This document shows, piece by piece, positions 12,934 through 27,515 of a DNA stretch of 64,000 nucleotides. Origin of the DNA: Neocallimastix sp. 'constans'. Taxonomy: Eukaryota. The DNA is taken from contig JBODTK010000012.1 of NCBI GenBank assembly GCA_050613775.1, positions 1,178,001-1,242,000 on the forward strand. Direction: 5' to 3'. The translations under genes and the position numbers were made by a program. Numbering within the stretch: the stretch's first letter is position 1; every line of letters begins with the position of its first letter. The notes under the pieces are model-generated. The model saw only the letters and a list, made by a program, of their open reading frames with translations. It was not told where the DNA came from and searched no databases.

Positions 12934-15900
12934 TTTTATAACAAAATTATATTACTATATAATTTAATTTTGAAAAATAATAAATAATTGCTCTATTATT
13001 ATTTTTTTTTTTTAACTTTTGTTTATATATATAAAAATTACTTTCTTTTTTATTAAAAATAATGAAAAAAAAAAGTTTATTGCATTTATTTATTTATTTC
13101 AATAAAGAAATATATAAATAATACTGAATATTTATTTGATATTTTCAAATATAGTGAACGTTGTTAGTTATAAAATATGTACAATTGCTGAAGTTCTTTA
13201 CTATATATGAAAAAATCAATATTGATTCTTTAACTATTTTCTCTTTCAATGATTTTCAAATAAATATAAAAAAAAATAATAATTAAAATAATATTAGGAA
13301 TTAAGAATATTTTTTTAATAGAAATAAAATTAATAAATTTTAAATTTATTATATTTTATAAATATTATAATCAATTTTTAAAATAGATTAACTTCTATAT
13401 TTTTAATATTAAATTATTTACAATAAAAAATAAAAAAAAAAAAAAAATAAGAAAAACAAACGAAAAAAAATATAAAATAAAAGATAAAAAAAAAAAAAAA
13501 GTTTTAATTAATTATTAATAACTTATATTAAAACATAATGTTTTTTATTAATAAAATAATATTATTTATAAATATTAAATTTATATATCAACTTATTGTT
13601 TTGCTTTTAATATATTAGAATATTATTTTATTATAAATACTTTTTTTTTTATACTATTAATAATAAATTGTTCTATAAACAAATATATATTGTTATTTAT
13701 ATATATTTTCAAAAGATTAATATATAATTAAATTAAATTAATAATCTATTAATAAAAAATATATAAATTTAATATGAACCTTAAAAATTCAATGATTCAA
13801 TGGTTACACCTGAAATTACATTTAATTATTAAATTTTTTTTCTTTTTTTTTTTTTATATTTCATAAATTATTCTAATATAATCGATATATATTATTAATA
13901 TATAATAAAGAATTTAATACTATATTATTCAATTTATATAATAAACCGTTTTTTTTTTTTTATTTTAAAGTTTTTTAAATATTATTAATCAAAATAAATA
14001 TTTATATGTTACACAATATAATTAATTTTTTTAATAAATAAACTTTCCAAATAAATAAATAATACAAATAATTTTTAATCAATAATAAATATTCTATTTA
14101 ATTTATTTGGTGTCAATTTTAATTTTTAATGAAGTAATCCTTATTTTATTATTTTTTATAAAAAAAAAAGAAAAAAAAAATTAGACTAATAATAATTATA
14201 AAATTTAAATAATAATAATAATAATCAATAATTATAATAATAATAGATAATTATAATAATAATTTATCATAAAATTACAATAATAATAGTAATAATAATA
14301 ATATTGGCAAAAAAAAAGTATAATATTAATATATAATTTTATTAAACAATAATTTTTTGTATATTTCTTTATCATTTCAATTAATATTTAATATTATAAT
14401 TTTATTATAAAATATTTATATATAAGAATTTAAAAAAAAAATAATAATAAAGAGCCTAAGATTTCTTTAAAAAAAATGAACCTTTTATTAAAAAAAATAG
14501 TATAACTAAAAATTATTTAAAATATTTTTGAATTAATATTATTAATGAAAATATTATTTTTATAAATAATATTATATAATATATAATATTTACTAGGTTA
14601 ATAAAAATTTCAATTAATTCCTTTTTTTTACTTTGATGTTGCATTATTTAATATAATTTTAAAATTTTTTGAAAATTATTTTAAAATTATAATTTTTTAT
14701 TTTTTTTACTGATAAAACAACTTTGAATTCATAACCCTAATAATTTTCTTTTTTTTTTTTGAACTATCATAAAAAATTATATTTTTTATTTTTTATTATT
14801 TTTTATTCTTTATTCTTTTTTATTTTTTATTTTTTATTATTTTTTATTCTTTATTCTTTATATTTAAATATAATTTTAACATAACAATAAAAGCAAAATA
14901 AAGTGAGAAAAAAGATTATTTTATTTTTTTGTTCAAAACTTTATCAATTATTAATTAAAATATAAAAGAATAATATAATACTTTGTCTAATTTATTCTTT
15001 TATACTTTTAATATTCTATTCTTTATTATAATTTATTCTTTTATACTTTTAATATTCTATTCTTTATTATAATATTAACATTAATTAATATACAAAGATA
15101 TATATTTATATTTACATAAGGATATAATAAAAATAATTCATTGGATAATATCTTAATTATTTAATGAATATCATAATAATGAAAATATTTTAATTATTTT
15201 ATAAAGATCACAATAATGATAAAAATTATAATTATTATAATCATAATTTTATTGCTAATAATTCTTATTATAATCATTAAAATATCATTTATTATTTTTT
15301 TTTTAAAGAATTGTTTCAGTTTAATCATTAATGAATAGATAAATTTTTTTTTAATCTGTTTGTTCAGGAAAATTATTAGTATATTAAAGTTTATAATAAT
15401 TAAAAAAATTTTTCAGAATATAAATATATTATCTATAACAATATGTTATATGTTTAATAATTAATATTGATTACTTAATTATTTTAAAAAAAATATAATA
15501 AAAGTAAAGAATAAAAATTATTGATAAACGATTATTTCAAAAGAGAGTATTATAATAAAAGTATAGAATAAAAAGTATTAGTAAGCGATTATTTCAAAAG
15601 AGAGTATTAAAGTAATTAAATAGTGATTAATAAATAATAATTATAATATAATAAATAAAAATTATATTTATTTATAAAATTATTTGTTATTTATTTTAAA
15701 AAAATACAAATATAGTATTAATTATTTTCCATAAACAAAAAGAAATAAAACAAATTATTTAAAATTTTAAAAGTTTATTTATTAATAATTTAAATAATTT
15801 TATTATTTGTCATACAATTTATTAAAATTTTTCAAATTTTCATTTTTTTAATAATTTTAATATTTTCAATAATTAAATAGATTTTTATATTTGTTTTATG

Positions 15901-16506
15901 ACTGAATTAAAAATAAAAAAAATTTAAATAAATAAATAGTGCGGTGAATTAAAAATAATTTTATTAAATTTATGTATATAATATATTAGTAATATATTAA
16001 TATTATTTTTACTTAATGATTATTTAATATAAATTATTAAAGAGAACGGTTTCTCAAAAAACAAAAAAATAAATTAAATAAACAATAATTAAAAGATGAA
16101 AATGATTTTATTAAAAGATAAAATTTATTTAAACTAATTTATTAATGGAACAATATAGAGTTTAATTATATAAAAATAGTAATACTTTGAAATTAATTTC
16201 TTAAAATAACTTTATTAAATATTAATTTCAATTATTAAACTTTTGATTCTACTTTTGGAAAATATGCCGTATAATTATTTTTTACTAAAAAAATACAAAT
16301 TAAAATCAAAAAAAAATTTTTTTTAAAATAAAAAATTGGAATTTTTAAAAAAAATATATATTTAATAATTATCACGTGTTTTGAATACAATTTATGTAAA
16401 AACATAAATTTATACAATATAAAAAATAATAATAATAGTTCAAAATTTCAATATTCTTATTTAATTTATTAAAAATTATTCATAAAAAATGCAATCAATA
16501 TATGTT

Positions 16507-16561
<55 letters not shown>

Positions 16562-17299
16562 TTAATTTGTTTGTTTATTTGTTTATTTATTTATTAATTT
16601 AGTATTTTTATCAAAAAATAATATTCTTATATTTTATAAAAATATGTTACCTTTTTTTTTTTGTTATTGGTTTTTTCTTGGTATTACTTGGTATTACTTG
16701 ATATCACTAGCATAAAAATTTATTAAAAAATTTAACACTTCAAGATAATATATTGTTAATTACAATAGTTGTTTTTTTTTTTGTTTTTTGTTTTTTTGTT
16801 TTTTGTTTTTTTGTTTTTTGTTTTTTTGTTTTTGTTTTTTTGTTTTTATTTTTCTTGTATTTTTGTGTTATGATACAAAAAATCTATATATGTACAACTT
16901 TTTGTTAAATATTAAGAAAAAAATTCGTTTAAAATTTTATTATTTTTGATAATAAAAAAAAATTATTAAATTCCCAACAAGATAATAATAATAATTATGA
17001 TAAATATAATGAAAGTAGCATTAAATATTAATAAAGATATATATTTTAGAATATATCATATTGTTATATAGAGTTTGTTGGATATAAACTATAAGCACAA
17101 TGTTAAAATTAGTTAAATAATAGTTATTATATTAATTATTGAATTATGTTTTAAGATTGTAGTGATATAGGAACTCATAATTATATACATTTTAGATGAG
17201 CAATATGTTACTAATATTAGACACAACATTATATGTTGTATATAGACTACTTATATAATCATACCATATATATATATTATAAACTAATATGTATTAAAA

Positions 17300-17650
17300 T
17301 TATTCATGAACATTGACATTTATCCCCGTTTCAACTAAACAGTGAATCATTTCCTGATTATTATTAATTCAGGAATAATATAAAGTAGTATATTGTTAGT
17401 ATATTCTAATTCTCCTTTAACATTGATATCAGACTGTTTTTCAACCAGATATTTGTACATTTTATTATTATTTGAGCATTCACATAGAAAAAGAATAATA
17501 AATTTTTTAACAAGTGTTTGGAGATTTTGATATTCTTAAAGTTTTGATTCATCAACATCAGCTCTATGGTCAACTAAATTCACTATCATTTTCATTATTG
17601 TTTTTATTACAGGCAAAGAGCAAAGAAATATAACTATGTCTATATTATTT
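17300..17650 (-). pseudogene. Ankyrin-repeat gene remnant
   Basis: Minus-strand fragments LVDHRADVDES, YKYLVEKQSDINVKG and LVETGINVNV match the ankyrin LVExGADIN pattern; frame is broken. Confidence 0.65.
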
Positions 17651-18599
17651 ATAATACAATTATTTCTTCTTTTTTTAGAAAAAAAAAAAAAAAAAGAAAA
17701 AAGAAAGACAAATTAGTAGTCATATAAGAATTAATAAATAAAAAAATTAAAATTAAAAAAAAAAAATATTATTATTATTAATAATAATAATAATATTTTA
17801 ATAATATTTTTAATAAATAAATAAATAATTATATATAGGCAGATAGATATTTTTTTAAAAAAAAAAGAAAAAAGAAAAAAAAATGAATTTCAATTATAGT
17901 AGATTTCTACGAAGCATTAATTTTTGTATGTATCAATAAATTATGGAGTATTATAAAAATTAGTTACAAATATATTTAGTGTAACATTACTTAACCATGG
18001 GTTTTTGTTAGAGGATTTGTGTATCACAAAATAAAACAATTTTTATTTATTATTAAAATAAAAATAATAATTCTTTAAAAAGGTTATATATTTTGTATAT
18101 TTTGAATATATATACAATTATATAAATATTAATTATACAATATAATTTATATAAAGTATCTCTATTATAAAAATATTTATAATATATTTCTTTAATACCA
18201 TATTCTTCACATATAAATATAATAAAATAATTTTAAATTTTTATTTGGACATAGAAATTTTAAAATTTAAATCAAATAACATAAATTTAAAATGATTTAT
18301 AAATATTAAACAAAAATGAATATGTATGTTGAATATATTAATATATTTAAATTATTATATATAATATTTAAATAAAAAAAATGAAAATAATAAAATAGAA
18401 ATGTTATATAAAAAAAAAAGAAAGAAAAAAAAAAAACAAGTTAATTACTTCCAAACTCTGAATGTATATTATATAAAATTTATGGAAGTAAAAATATTTA
18501 CATGAAATTAAATTTTAAAAAAAATTATTAAATTTTTTATTAAAGTATTAGATAATAATTTTTTTCAAAATTTTGTATATAAAAAAAGATAATAAGTAT

Positions 18600-20720
18600 A
18601 AGGAAATTAAGATTAATATTCCAAGAATATCAATCATAGGAATACAATCATGAGGTAAGAGCTTAATTCTTAAAAATATAACTAGAATTACTTTTCTAAT
18701 AGATGAAGGCATGTGTACTAAATGTATTCATGAAATAAGAATTCATGTAGAGAATATCGTCGTGTTAAATATTCTGATATGGGAGAAAAACGAATGGGTT
18801 GAAATTTATCCTGATGAAATAGCAACCAAGCTTAAAGAATATCAAGTTAATTTTATTTAATAATTAAAATATGAACTTATTATCGGATAAAATAATTATT
18901 TTTTAGAAATCAATAAAAGATTTGTTCCTGATTTAATCCTTATCGATTTACCTGGAATTACTTATAGTAATGAAGACAAAATTGAGGAAAAGTGGTGATC
19001 TTGTGGAGCCTAACCTCACTGAAAAATTAATAAAAAATATCATTATAAATTATATTAAAGAAATAAATACTATTGTTTTATATGATCATTATGTAGCTTC
19101 TGATTTTAATACAAATAAATGTATTAAATTCATTAAAAATGTGGATAAAAACTTTAAAGATTCAAATATTTTTGAAAGAAAAATTCCTATTAATAAATAT
19201 AATCCAGATAAACTAATCAGTATTAAATATAAGAACTATCCATTTAAATTTCAACCCAATTTTAGTTAGAAATAGAAGTATACAGGAAATAGAAGAAAAT
19301 ATCCTATTTGAGAATATAAGAAAAAAAGAAAAAGCAGTTATCTCTAATCCAATTTTAAAAATATTATTACAAGACACTTTAAGGAATTAAAAGTTTAATT
19401 AAATGTTTTGTTGAAATTCAAAATATATAAAATATAAATATATCTGATTCTTGGATAAAAATTAATGAAAAATTGGAAGTATATTTAAAATATTATTGAA
19501 ATAAATTAGGTAATATATGTCAAAAGGATTCAAAAATAATATAATCAAGAATTAACAATATTGATTTCATATTTTTTAAAAAAAATTATTAGATGATAAA
19601 TTAAATAATGCTCATACTTTCAAAAATTTAGATCATTATGACAATTCTGATTCATGCTTAGAAAGTAAAATATATAATGAATTTCAAAAAAAAAAAAAAA
19701 AGTAAAAAAAAAAATAAAGAAAAACTTAATTCAAAAAGTTTTGCATACTTAAAAACGGAATATTATCAGAATTTTGAAAAAAAAAGTTAAGGATGTCATA
19801 AAATTACGTTTCAATGATTTTCATGAATACAATATTTTGGATATAATATATATGATTATAAAACATGATTTACATGAATATATTTAAATTGTTATTATTG
19901 ATAAATTAATTGAAGACATAATTAATGAACCTTTTAATGAAGCATTCAAATTATAAGAAAATACATGTGATAATTTTAAAAGAGAAGTCAAAATATTTAT
20001 AACTGATATAATGAAGAAAAATTTAAAAAAAAAAAATGTAATGACATGTTCGAACATCAAAAAGAAATTGAAATAAATAAAGATCATACTATAAATAACA
20101 AATAAAAATAAAAATTATTTATATATATATTTACAAGAATAAAAAATAAAACTAAAAAACAAATTCAATCCAATTATTGGTAATGGTTAAAATCAAAAAC
20201 AGAAATAGATATAAAACTGATAGAAAAAATAAATAGGAGAATGAAGGTGATAGTAGAACAAGAAGGTGAAATTGAAGTTGAAACAATAAATATGTTGAAT
20301 AATGAAAATAATATTAATATCAATGATAATGATATAAATAATGATCATTTTTATATCTACACCACTAAATAAATAGTTATTTAATAAATTTATATTATAT
20401 ATATATAAATTAAATAAAGAAGAAATTAAAGATAAAAATATTAGAATTATGTAGACAATATACAGTTATTATAAAAAATTTTTAGACTATTTTTTAGATT
20501 ATATATATGATGATATGGAGTATTATTTATTGAAACTTTTCAAAAATAGTATTGAAATTCAATTTTATTTATGTCTTCCAATATATGGAAGATAAAAAAA
20601 ATTTTTTTTCTTTGTAATAAGAAGTTCAAAAGTAATTACAAGCAAACAAAAAGAATTTGAAAATAATATTTGCAAATTAGAAATAGTTAAACAATGATTA
20701 AAGTAAATTGATCAAAATTA
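18600..20720 (+). pseudogene. Dynamin-superfamily (Mx-like) GTPase pseudogene
   Basis: IPRISIIGIQS*GKSLILKNITRITFLIDEGMCTKC (G1 GxQSSGKS with a TGA at 18651, G2 CT) and VPDLILIDLPGIT (G3) at ~18925-18965. Helical-looking residual sequence continues to ~20.7 kb with many frameshifts; 3' boundary approximate. Confidence 0.85.
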
Positions 20721-21173
20721 ATATTAACTTTTTATTTTTTATTATTTTTATTAGAATAATATATAAATTACATACAAATTTTTTTAAATTTATAAATTTT
20801 AAAAGCAAATATTTATATATATATGTTTAAAAAAAAATAAACGTGGGCTAAAAAGAAGCTTTGACAATACTAAAATAAAATTGTAGGTTTAATTATTGAA
20901 AATTAAATGATAAAATTTTTTGTAATTTGATAATATAATCCTTTACTTTAAAATTTATACATAAATTATCTATAAAATGAATTTATAATTATTATTATTT
21001 AAATAAATAATAATTATAGTTAATTTTTAGTTCATGAATAAAGTATTTTTTTTTAAAAAAAATTTTTCCGAAAATAAATATATAGTGTAATATTTTTTTT
21101 TCCTAAAAAAAAAAATATTTAGTACGTAAAATTTATTTTATATAATAATTTTATATAATTCAGTAAATAAATT

Positions 21174-21332
21174 ATGTTTAACAAAAAACAAAAATTTATA
21201 ATAAAACTATTGAATGTTTAACAAAAAACAAAAATTTATAATAAAACTATTGAATGTTTAACAAAAAACAAAAATTTATAATAAAGCTATTGAATGTTTA
21301 ACAAAAAACAAAAATTTATAATAAAACTATTG
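21174..21332. repeat. 40-bp tandem repeat, 4 copies
   Basis: ATGTTTAACAAAAAACAAAAATTTATAATAAAACTATTGA x4. Confidence 0.9.
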
Positions 21333-21725
21333 TATATATTTTCAAAAATTTTATTTCATTTATTTTTATCCTAATCTTTTATATAAATATTTGTATATAA
21401 ATTCAACCAACCAGCCATCAATTTATAATTTATTGAACATTATTATTACATGTTAAATGTAATTAATAATAGAATTAATAAGTAATTATTATATATATGA
21501 AATAAATTAAAATAAAATAAAGAATTTCTATGAATAAAAAAAATAAAAAATTAAAATTAACAGAGTTTAACTTTTAAAAATAATATTGTATAATTAATAA
21601 CTAAATTACTAATGTAATAATTAATTATTAAAATATTAATAAAAAAAAATATTATATAAAAATATTTTTTTTTATAATATCTTTTTCATTAATCTTTATC
21701 TTTTTTTATATAATAATTATTGTAA

Positions 21726-21776
<51 letters not shown>

Positions 21777-22271
21777 AACAAATTTCTTAAATTGAGTTTG
21801 GATAGATATAAAGTTTTTGAAATTTAAATTAGATTCATTTGTTATAATGGTACTTTTTATGTTTAATAGTTTTTATGTTTAAAAAATTTTTTTAGAATTT
21901 TTTCAAATTATTATAGATATATTTTTATTTAAAATAATAAGCCAAATAAATTATCAAATAAATATTTTATATAAATATTTATTTTAATATAATTCAAATT
22001 CAATAATATTAAATAATTCAATATTAAACTTTTTTAATATTAACTATATTAATAATAAGAATTATAGATATGTTTTGGATGATTTTAATAATTATATATA
22101 TATGTATATAATTATTAAAATCTGAAATAAGTTGAGAATTTATTATAAACAAATATTTAATAGTGTTTATATCGATAAAAATTAAAAATTTGAATTCTTT
22201 TGTAAAAAAAAAAAAAAAGTTTAAAGTCAAAAACATAATGAGACATGAAAAAAAAAAAAAAAAAAAAAAAT

Positions 22272-22480
22272 TAATATCTTAGATCATATCAACATAAATA
22301 CAGTTGATAGTTTCTAAACTCAAGATAGTAATATTGTATTATTATCCTGGGTTCGTTCTAATACAAAGAAAAATGTTTTCTTTTTTGATAAAGAAAGATT
22401 AAATTTCATCACTCGTGCTAGATTTACTCCTGTTATCTTTGGAAATATAGAAATACTTTATAAGAATATTTTATCAATAT
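22272..22480 (+). pseudogene. UPF1/SEN1-like SF1 helicase C-terminal (AAA_12) fragment
   Basis: INTVDSF*TQDSNIVLLSWVRSNTKKNVFFFDKERLNFITRARFTPVIFGNIEIL resembles motifs V/VI (TVDxFQGxExDIIIxSxVRSN...RLNVAxTRAR...GN); CAA>TAA at 22315. Confidence 0.8.
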
Positions 22481-22831
22481 TTTATGTTTGAGTTAACTTT
22501 ATAATTTAATGGTAATAAATATTAATTGATATATTTTAATTTTATAATTTAATGGTAATAAATATTAATTGATATATTTTAATTAAGTTTTAATTATATA
22601 TTCTATGGTTAATTTTATTATTTTATTTTATTTTATTTTTTTTATTTGTGTTATTATTTTGTTTCTTCATTATTTTTTAAAGTTTATTTATTAATTATTA
22701 TTGTTTAAAGTTATTTCAAATATATTTTTTATAAAGTTAGAATTTTTAATTATTAATTATTAATTAGTAAGAATAAAATTAATATAGAAATTCAAGTAAA
22801 ATCTTTTAAATTATAAATAATAAATAATACA

Positions 22832-23175
22832 TAATAAATAATAAATAATAAATAATAAATAATAAATAATAAATAATAAATAATAAATAATAAATAATAA
22901 ATAATAAATAATAAATAATAAATAATAAATAATAAATAATAAATAATAAATAATAAATAATAAATAATAAATAATAAATAATAAATAATAAATAATAAAT
23001 AATAAATAATAAATAATAAATAATAAATAATAAATAATAAATAATAAATAATAAATAATAAATAATAAATAATAAATAATAAATAATAAATAATAAAATA
23101 ATAAATAATAAATAATAAATAATAAATAATAAATAATAAATAATAATAAATAATAAATAATAAATAATAAATAAT
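22832..23175. repeat. (AATAAAT)n 7-mer microsatellite
   Basis: Direct reading of the sequence. Confidence 0.95.
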
Positions 23176-24235
23176 TGAATAATAATAATAAATAAATAAA
23201 TTAAAAAAAATTTATAATATGTAAAGAGTATATTAACAATAATATAAATATAAATAGATTTAATTATATATTATTATTACTAATCATGAATAAATAGATA
23301 ATATATTTAAATTTCATATATAATAAAATTTTATAGGCATTACCAATTTTTTTTAAAGAGTTTAAATTTATATATGAATTAAAATTTATCATATATTACT
23401 ATTATATTCCTATATTTTTATAACACAGATTTTTATTGATTTATATTAATGTATATTAGAATTAATAGAAAAAAAGAAAATCAATATAATACAAATAGCA
23501 TAAAAATCTATTAAATAATATTATTATAATTAGGAATTTATATAATGAAACATAAATTAATAATTATAATACTGAATATATTAATATACAGTTATATTTT
23601 AAAAAGTTTTTTTTTTTCATTATCTTCATTGAATAGTTTTTTATAATTTGTGACTGTGACTTTTATTAGTAATGTAAATTTATTTCATAATATATTTAAT
23701 AATAAATTATAATTAATTCTTATCAAGTATTAATATCTATAATCTTTATTTATTTATTTATAATTAATATTTATCATAATACTATTATAATTATTATATA
23801 ATATGAATTATTATAATCATTAATATTTATAATATTATTTTTACTATCTTGTATTATGCTTAATTTATTATTTAAGATTAAGATTAAAACAAAAATTTTC
23901 TTTTTTATATTCAAAAATCATTAGTAATTAAAATATATTAAAAAATTATTTTAAAATAAAAAATTATTTCAAAAAAAATTTTTTTTTCTATTTTAGATAT
24001 ATATATAAAATATATATATTTAAAACATTGAAAATTAAAGAAATATTGTAATCCTAATTATTTTAATAACATTTTTAAATTAATTATTATTAATTATAAA
24101 TTTATTGATAATAATTAAATATTAATTATTTTTTATAAAATAACATTTACTTCAAAAGTATTAGTTATATTTAAATAAGAAAAATTTATATTAAATATTT
24201 TATAAAAAGGTTTATATAATAAATAATTAATAAAA

Positions 24236-25264
24236 ATGTTTTTCAATAAAAACAGAGGTAGCAGTAGTAGTGGTGGTGATGATGATTTTTATACTTTAGT
24301 TGATTATTATGCTGTACTTGGTGTTGAACCCACAGCTACACCAGAACAAATTCGTGAAGCTTATATTGAACTTGCTGTAAAAAATCATCCAGATAATATT
24401 TATGAAGATGAAGCATACAGTGAAAATGGTGAAAATCCAGAACATCAACGTATTGTAAAGAAACGTTTTCAACAAATTAACCAAGCTTACTTCATTCTTT
24501 CTGATCCACAACGTCGTCAAATTTATGATACTCAGTATAATGATTATTGTAATGCTGTTGGTAGCCAATTTGAAACGGAACAAATTAATGCCAAGAAATG
24601 TAAGAAAAATGCTAATACAAGTAGTATTTATAAATATGAAAGAGATGCTGATCCAGATAAGATTTTTGGAAATGTCTTTGAAGAACTCTTCAGTCCTGAT
24701 GTTCCAAAACCACATACTTTCTGGAAACCATTAGGTGGTGCTGCTGGTATTGTTCTTGGTTTTATTTGTATGAATGTTCCTGGTGCTGTTGCAGGTGGTA
24801 TTGCAGGTGCAAAGCTTGGTCAAATTAGAGATAACAAAGGTAATTGGGGAATAATTTATTTTAATAATTTATATATAAATAGTGTAAACATATTTGGAAG
24901 ATTAATTAATATTTGAAAATAATAATATATATATAAAAAAAAAAAAAAAAAAAAAGATAAAAAAAGAATAATGATAATAAATTATGAAAGTAATAATAGA
25001 TGCAATTAAATAATAAATCATTTAATAAATTAATAGATTAACCTTTTTGTATTTTTTATTTATTTTTATTTTATTTTTATTTTTTTTTTTAAATGTTTAT
25101 GCTTCATATAAAATTTGTGAAAATAAAATATGTATATTTCAATTACACTAACAGGTTGTAGTGTATATGATGCATTTAAGAAATTGGATAAGAGTAAAAA
25201 AGCTGAAATTTTATCCGAAATAACAAAAGAAGTTGTACAACGTGCAGCAAAAATAAAGAAGTAG
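24236..25264 (+). CDS. DnaJ (J-domain) protein with C-terminal glycine-rich hydrophobic segment (2 exons)
   Basis: DYYAVLGV...IREAYIELAVKNHPD...FQQINQAYFILSDPQRRQIYD. Intron 24840-25154 (GTAATT...CTAACAG); exon 2 reads GCSVYDAFKKLDKSKKAEILSEITKEVVQRAAKIKK*. Confidence 0.9.
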
Positions 25265-25447
25265 TCTTAACTACTGCTTTACCATAAAAAATATAAAAGA
25301 AAAAAAAAATATAATATTTAAATTAAGAAGCATATATATATAAAACAATAAACAAACAAAAACAAAAACGAAAATTTAAAATAATATAAAAAAAAAAAAA
25401 TGATAAAAAAAAATAAAGAAATTAAAATCAAAAGTTATGTTGTTATG

Positions 25448-25479
<32 letters not shown>

Positions 25480-25970
25480 ATGACAAATTTAAATATTTGT
25501 AACTTTTTTAATATATTTGGTTTTGCATATTTTTTTATGTTTCATAGTCATTTTAATTATTATTATTATATATAAATATATGCAATAAAAGTTATTATTT
25601 ATATAAATAATATATACTATAATATAATAAAAATATATATATATATATCATTACAGAAAAATAAAATTGTTACAACAATTCAAGAAAAAAAAAAAAACAT
25701 TATTAAAATATATTATTATTATTATTACTATTAAAAATAATAATTATTTTTGATTAATATTTAATGTTTTGTTAAATATTTAACAAAACATTTTTCATTT
25801 ATATTATTACTAATCATTTTACCTTTATACTTATTTTTTATAAAAATAAAAAATAAAAAAGTAAGGAACCATATTAAATCATAATTGATAAATTGACATA
25901 TTACTGTAAAAAAAAAAAAAAAAAAAGTAATGTATATTTTTTGTTTTTATTTATTTTTTAATTTATTTTA

Positions 25971-26008
<38 letters not shown>

Positions 26009-26205
26009 CATATATACATGTGTTTATTCTATTATTAAATACTTTTTAATTACTAAATTATTTATATAATGTATTTTACATTTTTTTTTTTTTTTTTTTT
26101 TTGCTTGTTTCATTTTATTTATTCATTTATTTATTTATTTTACTGATTGATACGAAAAACAATTTTATTTATATTGTATGTTGTTCATAAAGTATTAATA
26201 AAAGT

Positions 26206-26974
26206 TTAGAGTTTTGAAATTGGAATTTGTCTATTTGGCTTTTTAATTTTTTCAATTTTAACCTTATTTTTTTTTTTTTTTTTGATGTTTATAATATATA
26301 ATATTAATTATAATAAAAATTATAAGATAATAAATATATTTGATATATAAATGTCAATATATATTTTATTAATATATTAAAAGTTAATAAACCATAAAAC
26401 TAAATTAAAATTAAAACCATAAATAGAATAATTCATTAATAACTTACAGTTAAAACAGCATTCTTGAATGTAGCTTCAACCTTGTCTAAACATGGGAATT
26501 TGAATGAATAGTGAAAACTTTTGTAATTTCTTCCTTTAACAATAACATTTAATTTATCTTTATCTTTTTCGTTCTTATCCTTTTCATCCTTTTCATCTTT
26601 TTTTTCTGATTTTATAGTAAGAGTACCATTAGCTTCACATTCAATGATGATATCATCAACTGAAAATCCAGGTACATCTATTTTTTTTAATAAATTATAT
26701 ATAATAAATAAATATGTTTATATATTTATATTTATTTTATAACGATATTAGCATTTGAAAAATTATATAATTAGAAAAAATTAAAAAAAAAAAAATTATT
26801 TTAATTTTTTATTTTTAACTACATACCCATTTCAATGACATACTCTTTGTCATTTTCAGAAATATCATATTTGACCTTTTGCTTTTCCATATCTAAAAAA
26901 CGGTCACTGGCATCAAAAATAGTATTGGGAAATAATAATTCTGGGAATAAACGGTAGGGATAGAATAAAGGCAT
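26206..26974 (-). CDS. Small heat-shock protein (HSP20/alpha-crystallin family), 3 exons; absent from the ORF track
   Basis: Exons 26974-26827, 26677-26448 and 26262-26206 give MPLFYPYRLFPE...YDISENDKEYVIEMDVPGFSVDDIIIEC...GTLTIKSEK...SFHYSFKFP...VEATFKNAVLTVKIEKIKKPNRQIPISKL*. Contains DVPG, AxFxNxVLTV and a terminal IxI motif. Confidence 0.92.
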
Positions 26975-27500
26975 TTTGGTAAATATATTAATTATTTTAA
27001 GATTTTAACTTTTTTTTTTTTAAAATAATATATATTAATTTAATTTAAATATATATATATATAATAGGTTGATAAAAAGTTAGTTAGAGGTTTATTATTG
27101 ATTTATTAAAAAAGAAATTTTTGGTATTGTTGAATAGTCATCAATTAATTTACTGAAAAGTTAATAATATTTTTTATTATAAAGTATACCTATTTTTATT
27201 TTTATTTTTTTTTTTTAAAAAAAATAATTAATTATAATTGAAATTATTTAACTTTTTTATTTTTATATTTTTATTTTTTATAATTTTTTATTTTATTTAT
27301 ATTTTTTTTTTATTTTTAATTTTTTATTTAGTGTTATTTCCAAATTTTAAAATTATCTAATATATAAAAAATTTAAGGAAAATTTTATCTTTATATATCT
27401 TAAAGAAATTCTCTTCATTTATCAATTTTCTTTTTCTCCATTATTTTTTTTATTTTTTATTTTTATTTTTTTTTTTTTTTGGTTGAAATTAAGCTATAAT

Positions 27501-27515
27501 TGAAATTTCTAGAAG
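27501..27515. promoter_or_regulatory. Heat-shock element upstream of HSP20
   Basis: tGAAatTTCtaGAAg is a perfect nGAAnnTTCnnGAAn triplet ~530 bp upstream of the HSP20 ATG. Confidence 0.7.
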
